Shown here in pieces: positions 1 through 13,521 of a stretch of DNA of 64,000 nt. The translations under genes were made by a program, and so were the position numbers. The notes under the pieces are model-generated. The model made no database searches and was not told the origin of the DNA. It was given only the letters and a program-made list of their open reading frames with translations. The DNA is from Takakia lepidozioides (taxonomy: Eukaryota > Plantae > Bryophyta), in NCBI GenBank assembly GCA_030704615.1, contig CM060731.1, positions 87,296,001-87,360,000 of the forward strand, in the 5' to 3' direction. Each line of letters begins with the position of its first letter. Positions within the stretch are counted from its first letter, which is position 1.

Positions 1-293
1 ACAAAACAGAAAAGATTGGATACCCAAGGACCCTACCCATGAAATAAACGCACCATTCCTAACTACAATCTAACTTGGTTCATGACTCGCAGGGACCTCT
101 CATGGATTTCGCAGAGCTCATGATGAAATTCTTGACCTAAGAAATGATTGGATCCATTCTGCACCTCAGAGGACCATACTCTGGAACAAAGTAACATTCT
201 ATCGGAAAAGGTCACAGGCCCTTATGGGTTTTCTTGTGCCTAACGCCCTTCACTCATGTGAGGGGAGCAGCAACCACTGCTCTACAAGTCACA
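1..293 (-). repeat. Probable 3' LTR (partial) of gypsy copy 1
   Basis: The minus strand reads polypurine tract TGAGGGGGTAAAA (306-294) immediately followed by TGTGAC at 293, downstream of the integrase. No second LTR copy is in the window to confirm it. Confidence 0.55.
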
Positions 294-1119
294 TTTTACC
301 CCCTCACTGCTTCTGACTTTTCTCTCTCTACGAGGAATGCTGCATCGGGGTAAGGTGAAAACAACAAAAGGTTTAAGGTTTAGAATCCCCGTGCGGGAAG
401 TCGCTGTGCTCCATGCAGGGAGCATCAGTATACTGCAGAATGCTTGATACAACAAGCATTTACTTTTTCTCGAGATATGCTTTGAGCAGACACAGATAGA
501 CTCTGTGATAAAAAAAACAAATGATGATCGACAGTGTACATTGAACAAGAGTGTATATATTAGCCAACCCATTGTTCCCATTCCTGCACCTGTGGTTCTC
601 CACTTGGTGAAGAAGAAAAGAAACTCACAACACGTGATTAGTAACGAAGATGTATGAAGTCTTCTACTTGGCAATTGGATGGTCATAGCTTTCATAGCTT
701 ATGCCATATCAAACGGATTCTAATTCTACAAGGTGGGTTAGATTACTGCACGCTATGTGCCCTGCATCCCAAGGTCTGTCCTTGTGGATTCCAATAACTA
801 CCCAAAAATTCACTCTGGAGAACAAACCACCTCTTTAATGCAACTGTGTTGCCCCGCTTTCCAAGATCTACCCTTGGAACTCCAAGAAAGGGTGTCAACA
901 ACCTACTTGGGTAAGAGCCCTACTGACTTCTTCCTGTTGGAGAAGTTTCATTGGATTATTGCAACTTAGTTGCCCCGCACTCCACCTCGTTGTGGAGCTC
1001 CAATAACCAATGAGTCAATGGATAGGAAATACCAACATTTCCTTCCGACAAACCGGGACGAAATCCTAAAGATCTCTCTCTTAGTGGGGGGAGGTAGAAA
1101 GTTCATTGGTTAATGGAAC

Positions 1120-3051
1120 TCACATGTAGTAGTGCTTGCACCGGACACCGTTCACCAGGTTGGGAAACTCCACTCCCCTTAGTGTCTCTAGTTGTAATGA
1201 GCCGTTGTCAAAGACTGTCTTGACGAGATAAGGGCCCATCCAGTATGAGTCGATCTTGGCTTTGAACTCCTCATTCCGACTGTCAAATAATGGTACAAGA
1301 TCTCCTGGATCAAAGATTCTCTTTTTGCGCTTAGCATCGAAGCGAGCCTTCCTTCGCCGTTGCACTGCCTCAATGTGCTGCGTTGCTGCTTGCCGGAGTT
1401 CATCCAGTCCTTCCAACATCTCGAGTCGTTCCTTTAATGACTCTGATGTCACCAACCGTTTGGTAATGGCCAATTGTAGAGATGGGATTTCTGTCTCGAT
1501 TGACATGATGGACTCTACCCCATAAACCAATGAAAAGGGGGTATGTCGAGTAGTTACCTTATGGGTTGTGCGAAATGCCCACAAGGCCGAAATTAACTTG
1601 GTGTCCCAATCCCTCTTGTGCTCCCTGATTGTCTTGGAGAGAATGTTGCACAGGGTTTGGTTGGCGCGCTCCACTTGCCCACTTGTTTGTGGATGATAAG
1701 GGGTTGCCTTTTGATGCCTGATGGAGAATGCCACCATCATTTCCTCGATGACCTCGTTGATGAAGTGAGATCCTCTGTCACTCACTATCTCTTTCGGGCA
1801 TCCAAATCGGGAAATGATATATTCATAAATGAAAGAGGCAATTACCTGCGCGTTGGCCTTCTTAACCGCTTTGGCTTCTGCCCACTTGGTCAGATACTCA
1901 GTGGCTACAATGATGTAGCGATTTTGTTGACTCGATGCAGGGTGCACTTCCCCTACATAGTCGATCCCCCACTTCTCAAACGGAGCAAGGGGGAGCGTGG
2001 GAATTAACGGCATTCCAAGCCTGTTATCCCATTTGGCGTACCTCTGACAAGAGTCGCATTTTCGCACATGCATGTGCGCATCTTTGAACATGGAGGGCCA
2101 GTAGTATCCTACCCTCAAAGCCTTCTGCACTGTGAGCCGCCCTGCAAAGTGTCCTCCGCACATGCTATCATGGGCTGACTCCAAAATCTGGGGAACCTCT
2201 TCCGGGGTGACGCATCGCCTCAAGAGTCCATCCAATCCCCTTCTATAAAGTTGCCCTCCCGCAAGAGCAGACTTCATGCTGCGCAGCCAAAGTCTTTGTC
2301 GCGCATGTCGATCCAATCCTGGGGGAAATTCCAGGGTGCTTAAATACTGAGCTACGTGTTCATACCATGGAGGAACAGTCTCTATGGAGAACAAAAATGC
2401 ATCAGGGAAGTCATCGTCAATAGGCTCGGCCCCTGTTTCCTCCGACAATCGAGAAAGGTGATCGGCCTGAGCATTAAGCCTTCCGGGATTATAGACTACC
2501 TTGTAGTCAAATTCCTGAAGCAGAATAACCCACCTGGCTATTCTTCCCCTCAAATCGGGTTTGTTGATAAGATATCGTAGTGCCATGTGATCAACAAAAA
2601 AAATGAAAGGTGTCTCTAACAAGTAGTGCCGATACTTTTTTACGGCAAAAATCATTCCCAGAGCCTCCCACTCCGTGGTGCTATACCTTGTTTCGGCGAA
2701 TGTTAGCTGTCGACTAGCAAAAGATATTGGATGATCATGGCCATCAGCATCTGGTTGACACAGGGCACAGCCTACGGCCACTGCTGAAGCATCAATGTAA
2801 ACATGGAAAGGCCTGTTCCAGTCGGGAGCGGCCAAAATGGGAGCGGATACCAAGCGCTGCTTGAGTGTCTCGAACGACTCCTGACACCCTGTATCCCAGG
2901 AAAATACCTGGTTCTTCTTCAATAATCGAGTCATAGGTAAGGCCTCTGATGCATACTTGTCCATAAATTTCCTATACCACCCTGTGTGGCCAAGGAACCC
3001 TTTCACCTTAGATGATGTCTCTGGTGCGGGCAATTTGACTATGGCGCTCAC
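1120..3051 (-). pseudogene. pol: pol: RT connection, RNase H and integrase
   Basis: Motifs FLGHTGWYRKF, YIDAS, HDSMCGGHF..CDSCQ (HHCC zinc finger), WGIDY, SDRGSHF, YHPQTSGQVER and WMGPY. Confidence 0.95.
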
Positions 3052-3059
3052 CTTGCTGG

Positions 3060-3965
3060 ATCTGTCGCCACGCCATCTTTAGACACTATGTGCCCTAGTA
3101 GCAGTCCATGTGTGACTGCAAACACGCACTTCATTGGGTTGAGAGAGATCCCATTCTCCCTGCATCGGATGAAGCACTACCGTAATGCTGCAACGCGATC
3201 TTTTGCATCCCCATTGCAACAAAAGTCATCTAAGAAGATGACCAAATTTCTTCTCACGATGTCTGAGAAGGCATACGTCATGACCCTCTGAAATGTCAGG
3301 GGTGCATTGCACAGGCCAAAAGGCATCTGTGTATAGGCGAAGGTGCCCCATGGTGAAGTAAAGGTGGTCTTCAACACGTCCTTCGGGTCAATCAATACAT
3401 GATTGTACCCTGAAAAGCCATCCATTGGTGAAGTAAAGGTGGTCTTCAACACGTCCTTCGGGTCAATCAATACCTGATTGTACCCTGAAAAGCCATCCAT
3501 GAAGGAGTAGAGCTCCTTTCCTGCTACTTCTTCCACCAAAGTATCTATGAATGGCAAGGGAAAATGATCCTTGTGTGTTACCTTGTTAAGGGGGCGGAAA
3601 TCCACGCATACCCTTAGGCCTCCATTCTTCTTTCGGACGATCACCATCGGGGACACCCATGTTGATGTCTCCACCGGAAAAATAAATTTTGCGGCCATCA
3701 ACTTTTCAATTTATGCTTTAATGAGCAATGCTAAGTTGGGGTTCACCCTCCTCTCGTGTTGTCATCTTGGGGTGGCTCCCGGAATCAGAGGAATGGAATG
3801 CATTGCCACGTAAGAAGGCACTCCCTTCAATTCGGTGTAGGACCATGCAAAAATGTCCGTAAATTCCTTGAACAGTGCCTGATACTCCAAGGCATGCTTT
3901 GTTGTCAAGTGGGCTCCCACCTTCACCATCTTTGGTGACCCTCCTCCAACTGCCATGTCGATCAA
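3060..3965 (-). pseudogene. pol: pol: reverse transcriptase (frameshifted)
   Basis: Motifs WVSPMVIVRKKNGGLRVCVDFRPLN, DGFSGYNQ, MPFGLCNAP and IFLDD. Split across frames and carries a 75-bp internal duplication. Confidence 0.95.
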
Positions 3966-4145
3966 CTGCGTCGTTGGTTCCGATGTGAAACACGACCTCG
4001 GCTCAAATCAAGATCCATTTGATCCCTGCTGCAAATAAGGAATGTAGGGGGCGCTATGTTTCAGGACATCCCTTTCTAGGTCGACCTCCTCTACGATTCT
4101 CATATCCAAAATCTCGCCGTTTTCCTCCCGCGGAATCTCTTGTTC

Positions 4146-5207
4146 CTACAGACCAACCTGTTCGGCGGATATAGAAAAAAGTTCAGTCAATGACTCGAAC
4201 TCTGGAAGTGCCTCGGTTGATACCGAGTGTACCATCACTTCCCTGCCTTGGTTTTCTCCAAACAACCAGGCAATGCAGTTTGCATCAGACTCGCATTCAT
4301 ACAATCCCGGTCCTAGAGACTTGACTGCGTCTTCTAGTCCTACCTTTCTTCGCTTAACCTCCCTGTGAGGCGCGGCCACTGTTGCTAAAACTTGGTGGGC
4401 GTGCGAGGTAGGGAGGAGCTCTCCCTCTGACCACAAATCCTCCTCACTCAAGTCTGCAGACTCCTCTTCAGAGCCAATCATGCTGAGCTCATCCTCATCC
4501 GTTTCTTCGTGAGGTGCTCCATAAGGAAATGCAACAGTAGTAGTGTAAGGTCTTACCCCATAAGTAATGGTGCCTGCCTCCCAGTCCGTTCGTGCCCTAG
4601 ACTGGACCAACCATGGCCTCTCTAATAGGAGTGCATACGAGTATTCGTCGATGGGGAAGTCTATGATTTGGAAGTCTACTACATACGTGTAGCCTCCGGT
4701 CTTCATCTTTACATTTGCTATGTGACCCACTGGTCGGATCTTCCGCTGGTCAGCTAGCCTGATTGTTAGAGGGGATTCCCCTGTCATGTTCAATATCTCT
4801 ACTGGTCCTGGGTCGATGTGCGCATTGATATGGTGGGCCTGAGCAGAAGCGCTCACTCGCTTCCTCACCAATGATGCCTTAAGAGCGTGGCGGACTGTGG
4901 GCGCCATGGGTATGAGCTGTGCAAACGTAATGTTTGCTTGAATATGGCGAAGATCCTCCATTAAATTGTACGGTTCCAGCTCGTCTGTGAACCGCATCGT
5001 TGAATGCATCCTCCTCCGGGGAAGCTTTTCTGGTGCCGCTGGCCGATTCGCCGGGCTCTTCACTCTTGATACAGGGGGTCGAGAAATGGTTGGTCGGACT
5101 ACTGGAGGTTCCGCCTCTGCAAATGCTACCTCCTTTTCTTTGGGATGGATGTCTTCCTCCTCCCAAAGCACAATCTCCACCACCTTTCGCGCATCTGACT
5201 TCATCAT
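4146..5207 (-). pseudogene. pol: aspartic protease region (partly deleted)
   Basis: IRLADQRKIRPVG..YALLLERPWL is the retropepsin C-terminal half. The catalytic DxG segment is not visible. Confidence 0.7.
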
Positions 5208-5297
5208 TGTGAAGTTCAGATCCTCCCGTTCTGATGTGGATGTGGCTGACTCCGACGCCTCATACCCAGGGCCTTTCCCTAGCGTATATAGTTGTTG

Positions 5298-7281
5298 TCA
5301 GGTCATCACTACGTAGCTACCTTTTTCGGGGCTAGCTGTCGCTGTTGGAGTGGCCTTTGGCTCACTCGCAATCCAATTTACATGGTGTTGCGTCTCCTGA
5401 AGGCGCATTGTATGATTGGATTGTACGTTGGTCTGCTGTTGCTGAGGCGGCGCCGAGGTAGACACTCGATGTCCTCCCTGCACCCTTACATCCTGAGGGG
5501 GAGACCACGTGTTAGAAGAACCCTGGGCTATGTGAGCCGCAAGATTTGAATAAGCTGCTCGGGCACCCTGTCCCTGAGCGGCATTGCCCCTTGAGTACGA
5601 TGGACCTGCCTGATCTGGCCTAGGTTGTTGTGCTATCTGCGTTGGGGTAGCAAAATACATGCTATGTTGTTGCGGTAGAGGGTTGGGTGGTTCAGTCTCA
5701 TACTAATCCGGGAATGGGGCTCGTTGCCCTTCCAAATTCCTCTCTACTTGCTGGATGGTGGCAGGGGCCGGTCGGTCCACCTGCCTCTGGGAACATCTGT
5801 CCAAGGGATGGCTTCTTTGGCCATAATGCAAACATACTATATCACTCCAACAGTCTTCTGTTGGGTGTGTGGTTTTGCCACACTTTTGATAACCTTTCCT
5901 GGTTTGACTGAATTGTCGTTTTGATCTATCCTGATAAGTTGGGTTTCAGCTTACCTGCCTCTCCCGGGTGGGATAAGGACAATGTTGAGCAGCATGCCCA
6001 GGACCGCCGCAGTTGGAGCACCATACCTTTGCCGGATTGGGGCCAGATTCTCCTATTGGAGCAGCATCTCGATACCCCACATAGCTGGTGATCTGCTGGC
6101 CAATGGAGCTCATGCGATTGCCCATTGTTTCGATGGTTTTAATGAGAGAGGTGACTTGCGCCTCCAAATGGCCCACCCATGAAGCAGACTGCCCAGTGGA
6201 ATCTGCATACGAGTTAGTAGGGGCAGCATTTGCATACTATGGCATGGTTGGTACTACTGCTGGTGTAGGGGACGTCGCCGGGGCGTATGGCCGTGCTCCT
6301 CCTACATATGACAGCGTATAGTGTAGAGCGGGCTGAATCACCGCTAATGGCGTCGGCTCCTGCGTGAGCTCGATCGTAATGTATGATGGAAGTGCAAAGT
6401 CGGGCATCTTGGCCCATTGTACCTGGCGATGCATGTTGTCGAACTTCTTGCCGGCTTGTATGGCATCTACTAGGGTTGCAGGTCTTTGCTGCAAAACATG
6501 AAAGTGAGTGGTCTCTCGTAATCCACTCAGAAAACAATCCTTCAATACCCCATCATCTAGGGGAGTTAAAGGGTTTTGGAGTCGCATCAACTCCCGAAAT
6601 TGCATTTCAAAGTCCGCCACCTCCTCTGTGGGGCCTTGGCGGATCCTGGCCAATGCCATCAAGACACTGATGAACTGGTGGACCGCTCGAAAATGATCTA
6701 AAAATACATCTCGAATCTGCTACCAAGTAACGAATGTTCCTGGCGCCTGTTGCCAATACCAAGTGGACGCCCTACCCCTCATGGTCGTGGGAAACCATAT
6801 CAACCAATAGGCATCATTTAACGCTTGGTTAGAATAGCAACATTGAATAAAAGTTTTTCACATGATACTCTGGGTTTTCATGCGCTTCCCCGGAAAACCA
6901 AGGCAAATGCCTTGGTAACGTTAACGGGGGCAGGCCTGGTGGGACCACAATAGGTACCTCAGGAGGTCCTGGAACATGTGCCATAACTGACACTAACGTC
7001 GGCGAAAGGCTCCTTGACCTGGCCGGTGGTGTATAAGGGGGACTAGATACAGGGGAAACCACTTGTGAACACTCGATCTCTGAAGAGCTGTCAGTGTTCT
7101 CTCCTTCCCACTCTATCCTACCCAAACTTCTAGTTTCTGAGTCTGATTGTGGACTCAATGCTGGGTGTTTTCCTGGCAGTTGATCTCTGACGGCTTCTCG
7201 AGCCAGTCTCCTTTCCAACCTAGTATCAAAGGATATGCTATCCAAGCTTGGGAGTGTGGCTCTTGATCCTGAGCTAGACAT
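5298..7281 (-). pseudogene. gag: gag with CCHC zinc knuckles
   Basis: Motifs FSGEAHENPEYH, IRQGPTEEVADF and CSNCGGPGHAAQHC, with in-frame stops. Confidence 0.9.
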
Positions 7282-7529
7282 ACACTCACTGTTGTGCTGA
7301 TGAGGATTCTCCTACCTCAGTCTGTACTAAAGGACCTATATTACCTTGAACAACCATGTCCAGAATAAACAAGGTCAGATTTAAATACCTTCCATGGAAC
7401 CTTGGCGATGGAGGCACGTCAGTATGCAATTTCCCGTGAATTACCCAGTCTTCAGGTGGTCGGGGCACGTTGTAGTACCTACACTCATCCAACCTGCGCA
7501 CATAATGGGATGCCAAGAGTTGACATGCA

Positions 7530-7721
7530 CTTGAGCAGGTAGCCCAGTGGTTGGGAGTTTGTGCCTTGCCTGTGCATAACCTAGGTGATCCTGGGTTCAA
7601 TCCTTCAACATGTGCCTTCAGACCGTCCATTGGGCCCTCGATGGCCTGTGTGTTGAGCAGTAAGCTCTGTAAATTCACTGGACGTTAAAGAAACTTTATC
7701 TTTATCTTTATCTTTATCTTT
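7530..7721 (+). mobile_element. tRNA-derived SINE-like element
   Basis: Pol III A box TAGCCCAGTGG (7540-7550), B box GGTTCAATCC (7594-7603), and a 3' (TTTATC)x4 tail at 7695-7721. Confidence 0.65.
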
Positions 7722-8533
7722 AACATGTAACTAATCTAATCGGTGGGTGGTGGGTGGATTACAATAACCCAAATGAATCTGATGTAATAACAGTTGCTGT
7801 GTATTTTTGAGTTGCTTTGATTGTTGGGCATGTGAAGCCACCATATTACTTACTCCATGTAGAACTTGTTTCTTACTTGGAACTCCCTGCAGAATACAGG
7901 GACCAAGCTTTACCCTGTCAAACTGAGTTCTGAACCTCGCCGCGCATGCCCACTGGCTTTCAACCCTTTTGCCTTTTTATGTCTAGTCGGGGTCTTTCCC
8001 AGGTGAATGCACTAGAATAAGAGAGAATATTTGTACAAAAGGCTTGCCAACTATTTTGTCACTTCATATTCTTCGGTTGGAAGTCCATTTTCTCAGTTAT
8101 TATGTGGTTTTTGACCCATCTGGAGGTCAACTTTTGCAAGTTCCAACACTCCTAACCATCTGCACCAGGATTCTTGACTTCTACTTATAGAAGATGAAGG
8201 CTGGACAATCAAGTCCTTCATGTTCATTCAAATTGACTATATGTAACTCGGTATGATACCAGCCTGATACCAGTAGGCCACTCTGATTCAATAGGGTGAA
8301 CCATATGATAAACGGCTCAACATGTAGTTGGAAACATTTTCTACATCTCCAAAACATTGAGAGTCTCCAACCGCCACACTTGCAAACTACTAAGATATAG
8401 CACTCTCACTTTTAAGAGTGGCGTCGCACATAAAATATGTCCCAAAGTAAACCTGCACACCAATCTTGTATTGTAAGGATTCCCTGGAAAACTGCACACT
8501 AGACTATTGTAGATCACCTTTTGATCGCATCAA

Positions 8534-11500
8534 TCATGAAACACTTCTCAAGCCCTCATTGTGATGTGAAGATCTGGCACTCTCTGATGTACTGTTTCTA
8601 GATATTGGCACAAGTGGGCAGTTGTCCCGCACAGCAAAGAAGCTAGGTCCACCATGCAGCCAAAGTGTTTTACTATCAGAGTGACACCATGATCTTGACT
8701 CAGGGATCCAGTAGGCCAGTGTGGCTGCATGCAGAGAGAACACAAAGGTTATATTGTCCGGCTTCAAGCCTTTCTTTTGCATTCCTTCGAATAGTTGCAG
8801 GGCATCCCTATGACAACTATGCCAGGGGAATATCATGCGATCATTGCACTCCATGACACCACATCTTGTGCAGACATGCTGTCAAACACTCCCTTTGCAT
8901 CTTTGAGACTCCCACATTTGGCATACATGTCAAAAAGGGTTGTGTCCAGAATGACATCTGGGACAATTCCAGATTTCATGATGTCAACATGGACCTCTCT
9001 GCTGTTTTCCAGGACTGCCAGGCTGGCACACACTTTGAGAAGCAAACAAACGTGACCCGGTCAGGCTTCACCCTTTCTGCATCATTTGCTCATAGGTCTC
9101 CAAAGCCTGCATCCCACACCCATGCTGGAAATATCCTGTGATCATAGTATTCCATGACATCACATTTCGGTCCATAGTTTTGTCAAACACAAGCTTGGTA
9201 GCCTGAATGCTCCCCCACTTATCATACATGTCCACAAGGGTATTGCTTTGAATGATACTTGGCACAATTCCAACATTCCTAATGCCAACATGGATCCCTT
9301 TTCCCTTCTCCAAGTATGAAAGCTGGCACACACATTGCAAATGTAAAGGAATGTGATGTGGTCAGGTTTCATCCCTTCCCCCATCATTTGCTCGTATGTC
9401 TCCAAAGCCTCAATGCTGCAACTGTGCTGGGCATATCCTGCAATCATTGCATTCCATTACACCACACTTCGTTCAACCATACTGTCAAACACTCCTTTTG
9501 CATCCTCGATGCTCCCACATTTGCAATACATGTCCACAAGGGTATTGTCCAGGATGACATGAGGGCAGCTAAGCCATGAGCAGATTCCTTGATGCGTGAG
9601 CAGATTCCCTGATGCGTGAGCAGATTGAAAGCGTTAGCAGATTACTGATGCGGACCCCAAAACCGAGGGAACAAGTGGGCCTATAGCCGTGGACGCGAAC
9701 TTCACTGCAAGGACGCAGTGTCCGTTCAATCGGATAGAAGACAGACATGCTTCATGACGACAATGTGGCATGAAAATGCGATGAAAAAGGTTTCGGATGA
9801 ATGTACGTGGGATGAATGCTGGATGATTATCGGATGAAAAATTGCCCAGACGAGTAAACCATGGATGACTGCAACAACATGTATCATCAGGGATGAGCAT
9901 GCGCAGGGAAGAAGGCATTAAGCTGTCGTCAACGACAGCTTAACTCGCAGCCTATCTCAGCACATGTCAGCCCACGATAAAACCATGGGGGGGGTTCATT
10001 TTTGTGCAGGGAAGCAGGCCTAAAGGTGCCCTCAACAGTAGCTCAATTCCGAACAGGGGCACATGACATTTCAACTTAGGGAGCACATGCATTACCGGTA
10101 AGTGAGTGTGTGGAGGGGCTGCAGATTAAGGTGTCGTCAACGACATCTTAATTCCCAGCCCTGTACCAACCTGAGAATTGAACCCAACAGATTAAATTTA
10201 AAATTTAAAATAAAATAAAATAAAAAAACAATCCCCGAAAAGTGACAAATTAGATGTTATTGAAGAGGTAACACGTGCCTTAGCGGTAAGCATGTGTGTG
10301 CAGGGGCTGGGGATTAAGGTATCATCAACGATACCTTAATTCGCTGCCCTGTCCGAACATGAGAATTGAACCCAACAGACCCAAAATAAAAATAAATAAA
10401 TAAAATAAAAAATCCCCGAATGTGTCAGATTAAGGTGTCGTCAACAACATCTTAATCTGGCTGGTCTTCTGGTGTGCTATTTGGGATGAATGGCATCGAC
10501 AAATTGCTCGGACTACATAACTTATGATTCGTTGTCATGTCCTTCTTCCAGGTGACCAGAAGTTTGCTCATTGGTTGACCCCAGGACGCATCGTTTTCAT
10601 ATTCATGGCATGCGGACTATATACGAAGTTTGCTCATTGGTGTATGAATGCAGGAGTCCCAGGACACCACGGTTTCTACCTTTCTTTGCCAACCCGGGTT
10701 TTTTCCCAAGTCCTCCAACAAATTTTTATTTGCCATCTTATGCGGAGGCTGCGGCTATGGAATATAGTCTACAAACATCTCCCCGTTTTGTGCTTCACAA
10801 CAGATATAGTTTTATGAAGAGCAGGGCTAGCGTCTTTGTAGACAGTTCTGCCTTCGTTTTGAACAATAGCTTCTGTAGCAGTGGATCTTCTTCGTCGGAA
10901 TGAATCGCATGTTTTGGAACGTTTATTTATGAAGCACCAGTTCACCTCTATGCCTTCTTTCCAATTGCTATCAACCAACCATACCCCTCCTCAATCAATT
11001 CAGCAATGCGGATTCATTGTTGCCAACAAACTTTAGAATACACTGCACTATATTCATGTGTCATTCGTAATACCAACATTCATCCTCCATTCATCCTTCA
11101 TTCATCCAAGCAGCATCCATACCCGAGCTTGTAATTCTGACCAGTTTGCGCAGTAATAGGTGTTATAAGTCGAATAGGCGTCCGCGGTTATAGGCGGCAA
11201 GATCCTGAAGCATGAGCAGAATTCTGCTCACGGAATTTTCTGCTCACGGATTCTGTTCACGGTTAAGCAATCCCCAGATGACATCTCGTCCAATTTCGGC
11301 TTTCATGATTTCAGTATGGAGTTCTTTGCCTCGGTCCAGGGCTGCCAGGCCGGTTCACGCATTGCAAACGCTAACAAACGTAACCTGGTTGGGCTTCACT
11401 CCCTCCCCCATCATTTGGTCATAGGTTTCCAAAGCCTCGATCCCACATCCATACTGGGCATATCCCGCTATCACCGCATTCCATGACACCACATCTCTTT

Positions 11501-12605
11501 CAGCCATATTGTCAAACACTCCCCGTGCATCCTACACACTCCCACATTTGGAATACATGTCCATGAGGGTATTGTCCAGAATAGCATCCGGAACAATTCC
11601 AGATTTCATGATTTCAGCATGTACCTCTTTGCCCTTTTCCAGAGCTGCCAGGCTTGCACACGCTTTGCAAATGCAAACAAATGTGACTTGGTTGGGCTTC
11701 ACCCCTGCCCTTATCATTTGCTCATACGTCTCCAGAGCCTCCACCCACAATCATCCTGAGCTTATCCTCCAATCATCACACTCCATGATAGTACATCTCG
11801 TTCAGCCATTTCATCGAACACTCCCATCCTTCATACTCCCACATTTGGCATACATGTCCACAAGGGTATTGTTCAAAACTATATTTGGTAGAATTCCAGC
11901 TTTCATAATGTCTGCCTGTACCTCTTTGCCCTTTTCCAAGGCTGCCAGGCCAGCACACGCTTTGCAAACACAGACAAACATAACCTGGTTGGGCTTCACC
12001 CCTTCCAACAACATTTTCTCATAGGTCTCCAAAGCCTTCATGCCACACCCATGCTGGGCATATCCTGCAATCATCGCACTCCATGATACCACATCTTGTT
12101 CGGCCATATTCTCAAACACTCCCTTTGCATCCTCGATGCTCCCACATTTGGCATACATGTCCACAAGGGTGTTGTATAATCCCAGCTTTCATGATGTCAG
12201 TATGGACCTTTTTCCCCTTTTCCAGGGCTGCCAGGTTACCACACGCCTTGAGAACACAAATAAAGGTGACAGGTTTGGTCGGGTGTCACCCCTTCTTGTA
12301 TCATTTGCTCATAGGTCTCAAAGGCTTTGTTACCACACCCATGCTTTGCGTATCCTGCCATCATTATAGTCCACGAAAGCATATTCCGTTCGGGCATTTT
12401 GTCAAAGACTCGCTGCACATCCACTAGGCTTCCGCACTTCACATACATATTGACAAGGGTGTTGTGTAAGTATCGGAGTCTGCCAAGACGCCTCCTTTTG
12501 TCATAATGGTTCAGTTGTCCTGCCTCACATCTTCACATGCCCACAAGTGCCAGAAGAGGTCTTGTGGATTGCAGTTCTTGGTCCTCTAGCAGAAGCAGTG
12601 GTCAT
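8534..12605 (-). pseudogene. PLS-class PPR pseudogene B (RNA-editing factor type)
   Basis: Repeated P-L-S triplets VVSWSAMIAGYAQHG / VTFVCICKACASLAALEKGKEVH / NTLVDMYAKCGSIEDAKGVF. The N-terminus MTTAS is at 12605. There are many frameshifts and a MULE insertion. Confidence 0.9.
9561..11275. mobile_element. Non-autonomous Mutator-like DNA transposon inserted in PPR
   Basis: 9-bp TSD with one mismatch, GGATGACAT (9552-9560) / AGATGACAT (11276-11284). Imperfect G-starting TIRs carry TGAGCAGA subrepeats, and the PPR reading continues across the insertion. Confidence 0.8.
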
Positions 12606-13521
12606 GGTGGAGGTGCCTGATTCTGTCAACTATGCTGCTGCTGCTTCCAATTGACCATCTACCCATGCAGGTTTCTTGTAGCTGTCAATTAGCTAATCCG
12701 GCCTCGTCCGATGGATCTGCAAATACACTCCATCCCAGTCTACCTCAGCCATCCCTGCTCAACAATAATGCATAGATCCTTCCATTTGTTGCTAATAGCT
12801 GACAACAACAACCTCAAACTTATGTACCAAACACACCAACCCTACTTACCACACACTAGTGCCTATGCTGAATTGTTGACAAGAAATTAAATATGCTTTA
12901 CGGAGAGAGGCGGAATTACAATTTGCAAGAAAGTGTTTTGATGCATCTTGTTATTTGTTTCTGCTCCTTCCCTAGGTAACAAAACAAGCCTTCACCTTTC
13001 TGCCATGACACCACATTTCGTTCAGCCATATTGTCAAATACTCCCTTTGCATCCTCAATGCACCCACATTTCGCGTATATGTCCACCAGGACAGTGTCCA
13101 GAATGACATTTGGTACAATTCCAGCTTTGATGATGTCACCATGCACCTTTTTGCCCTTTTTCAGGGTTGCAAATGCACACACACGTTATGTGGTTGCGCT
13201 TCACCTCTTCCCCCATCATTTGCTCATAGGTCTCCAAAGGCTTCATCCCGTGCCCCTGCTGTGCATATCCTGCAAGCATGGCATTCTATGACACCAAATC
13301 TCGTTCAGCCATATCGTTGTACACTCCCTCGCATCCTCAATGCTCCCACATTTGGCCTACATGTCCACAAGGGTATTGTTCAAAATCACATCTGGTACAA
13401 TTCCAGATTTGACGATGCAACCATGGACCTCTTTGCTTTTTTCCAGGGCTGCCAGGCTTGCACATACATTGCGAATGCACACAAACGTTATGTGGTCGGG
13501 CTTCACCCCTTCCCTCATCAT

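Larger units (their letters stand above)
294..7527 (-). mobile_element. Ty3/gypsy LTR retrotransposon, internal region, decayed (family A, copy 1)
   Basis: Domain order is gag-PR-RT-RNaseH-INT on the minus strand, with frameshifts and stops. No chromodomain follows the GPY motif. 5300-7470 is near-identical in reverse complement to 56930-57109 plus 62106-64000. Confidence 0.95.

Noticed and set aside
7530-7610. Functional tRNA gene
   Set aside because: A and B boxes are present but there is no convincing cloverleaf, and the simple-repeat tail indicates a SINE.
9918-10455. Palindromic repeats resembling a CRISPR array
   Set aside because: The spacers are long, irregular and themselves duplicated. 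The context is a eukaryotic TE and there are no cas genes.
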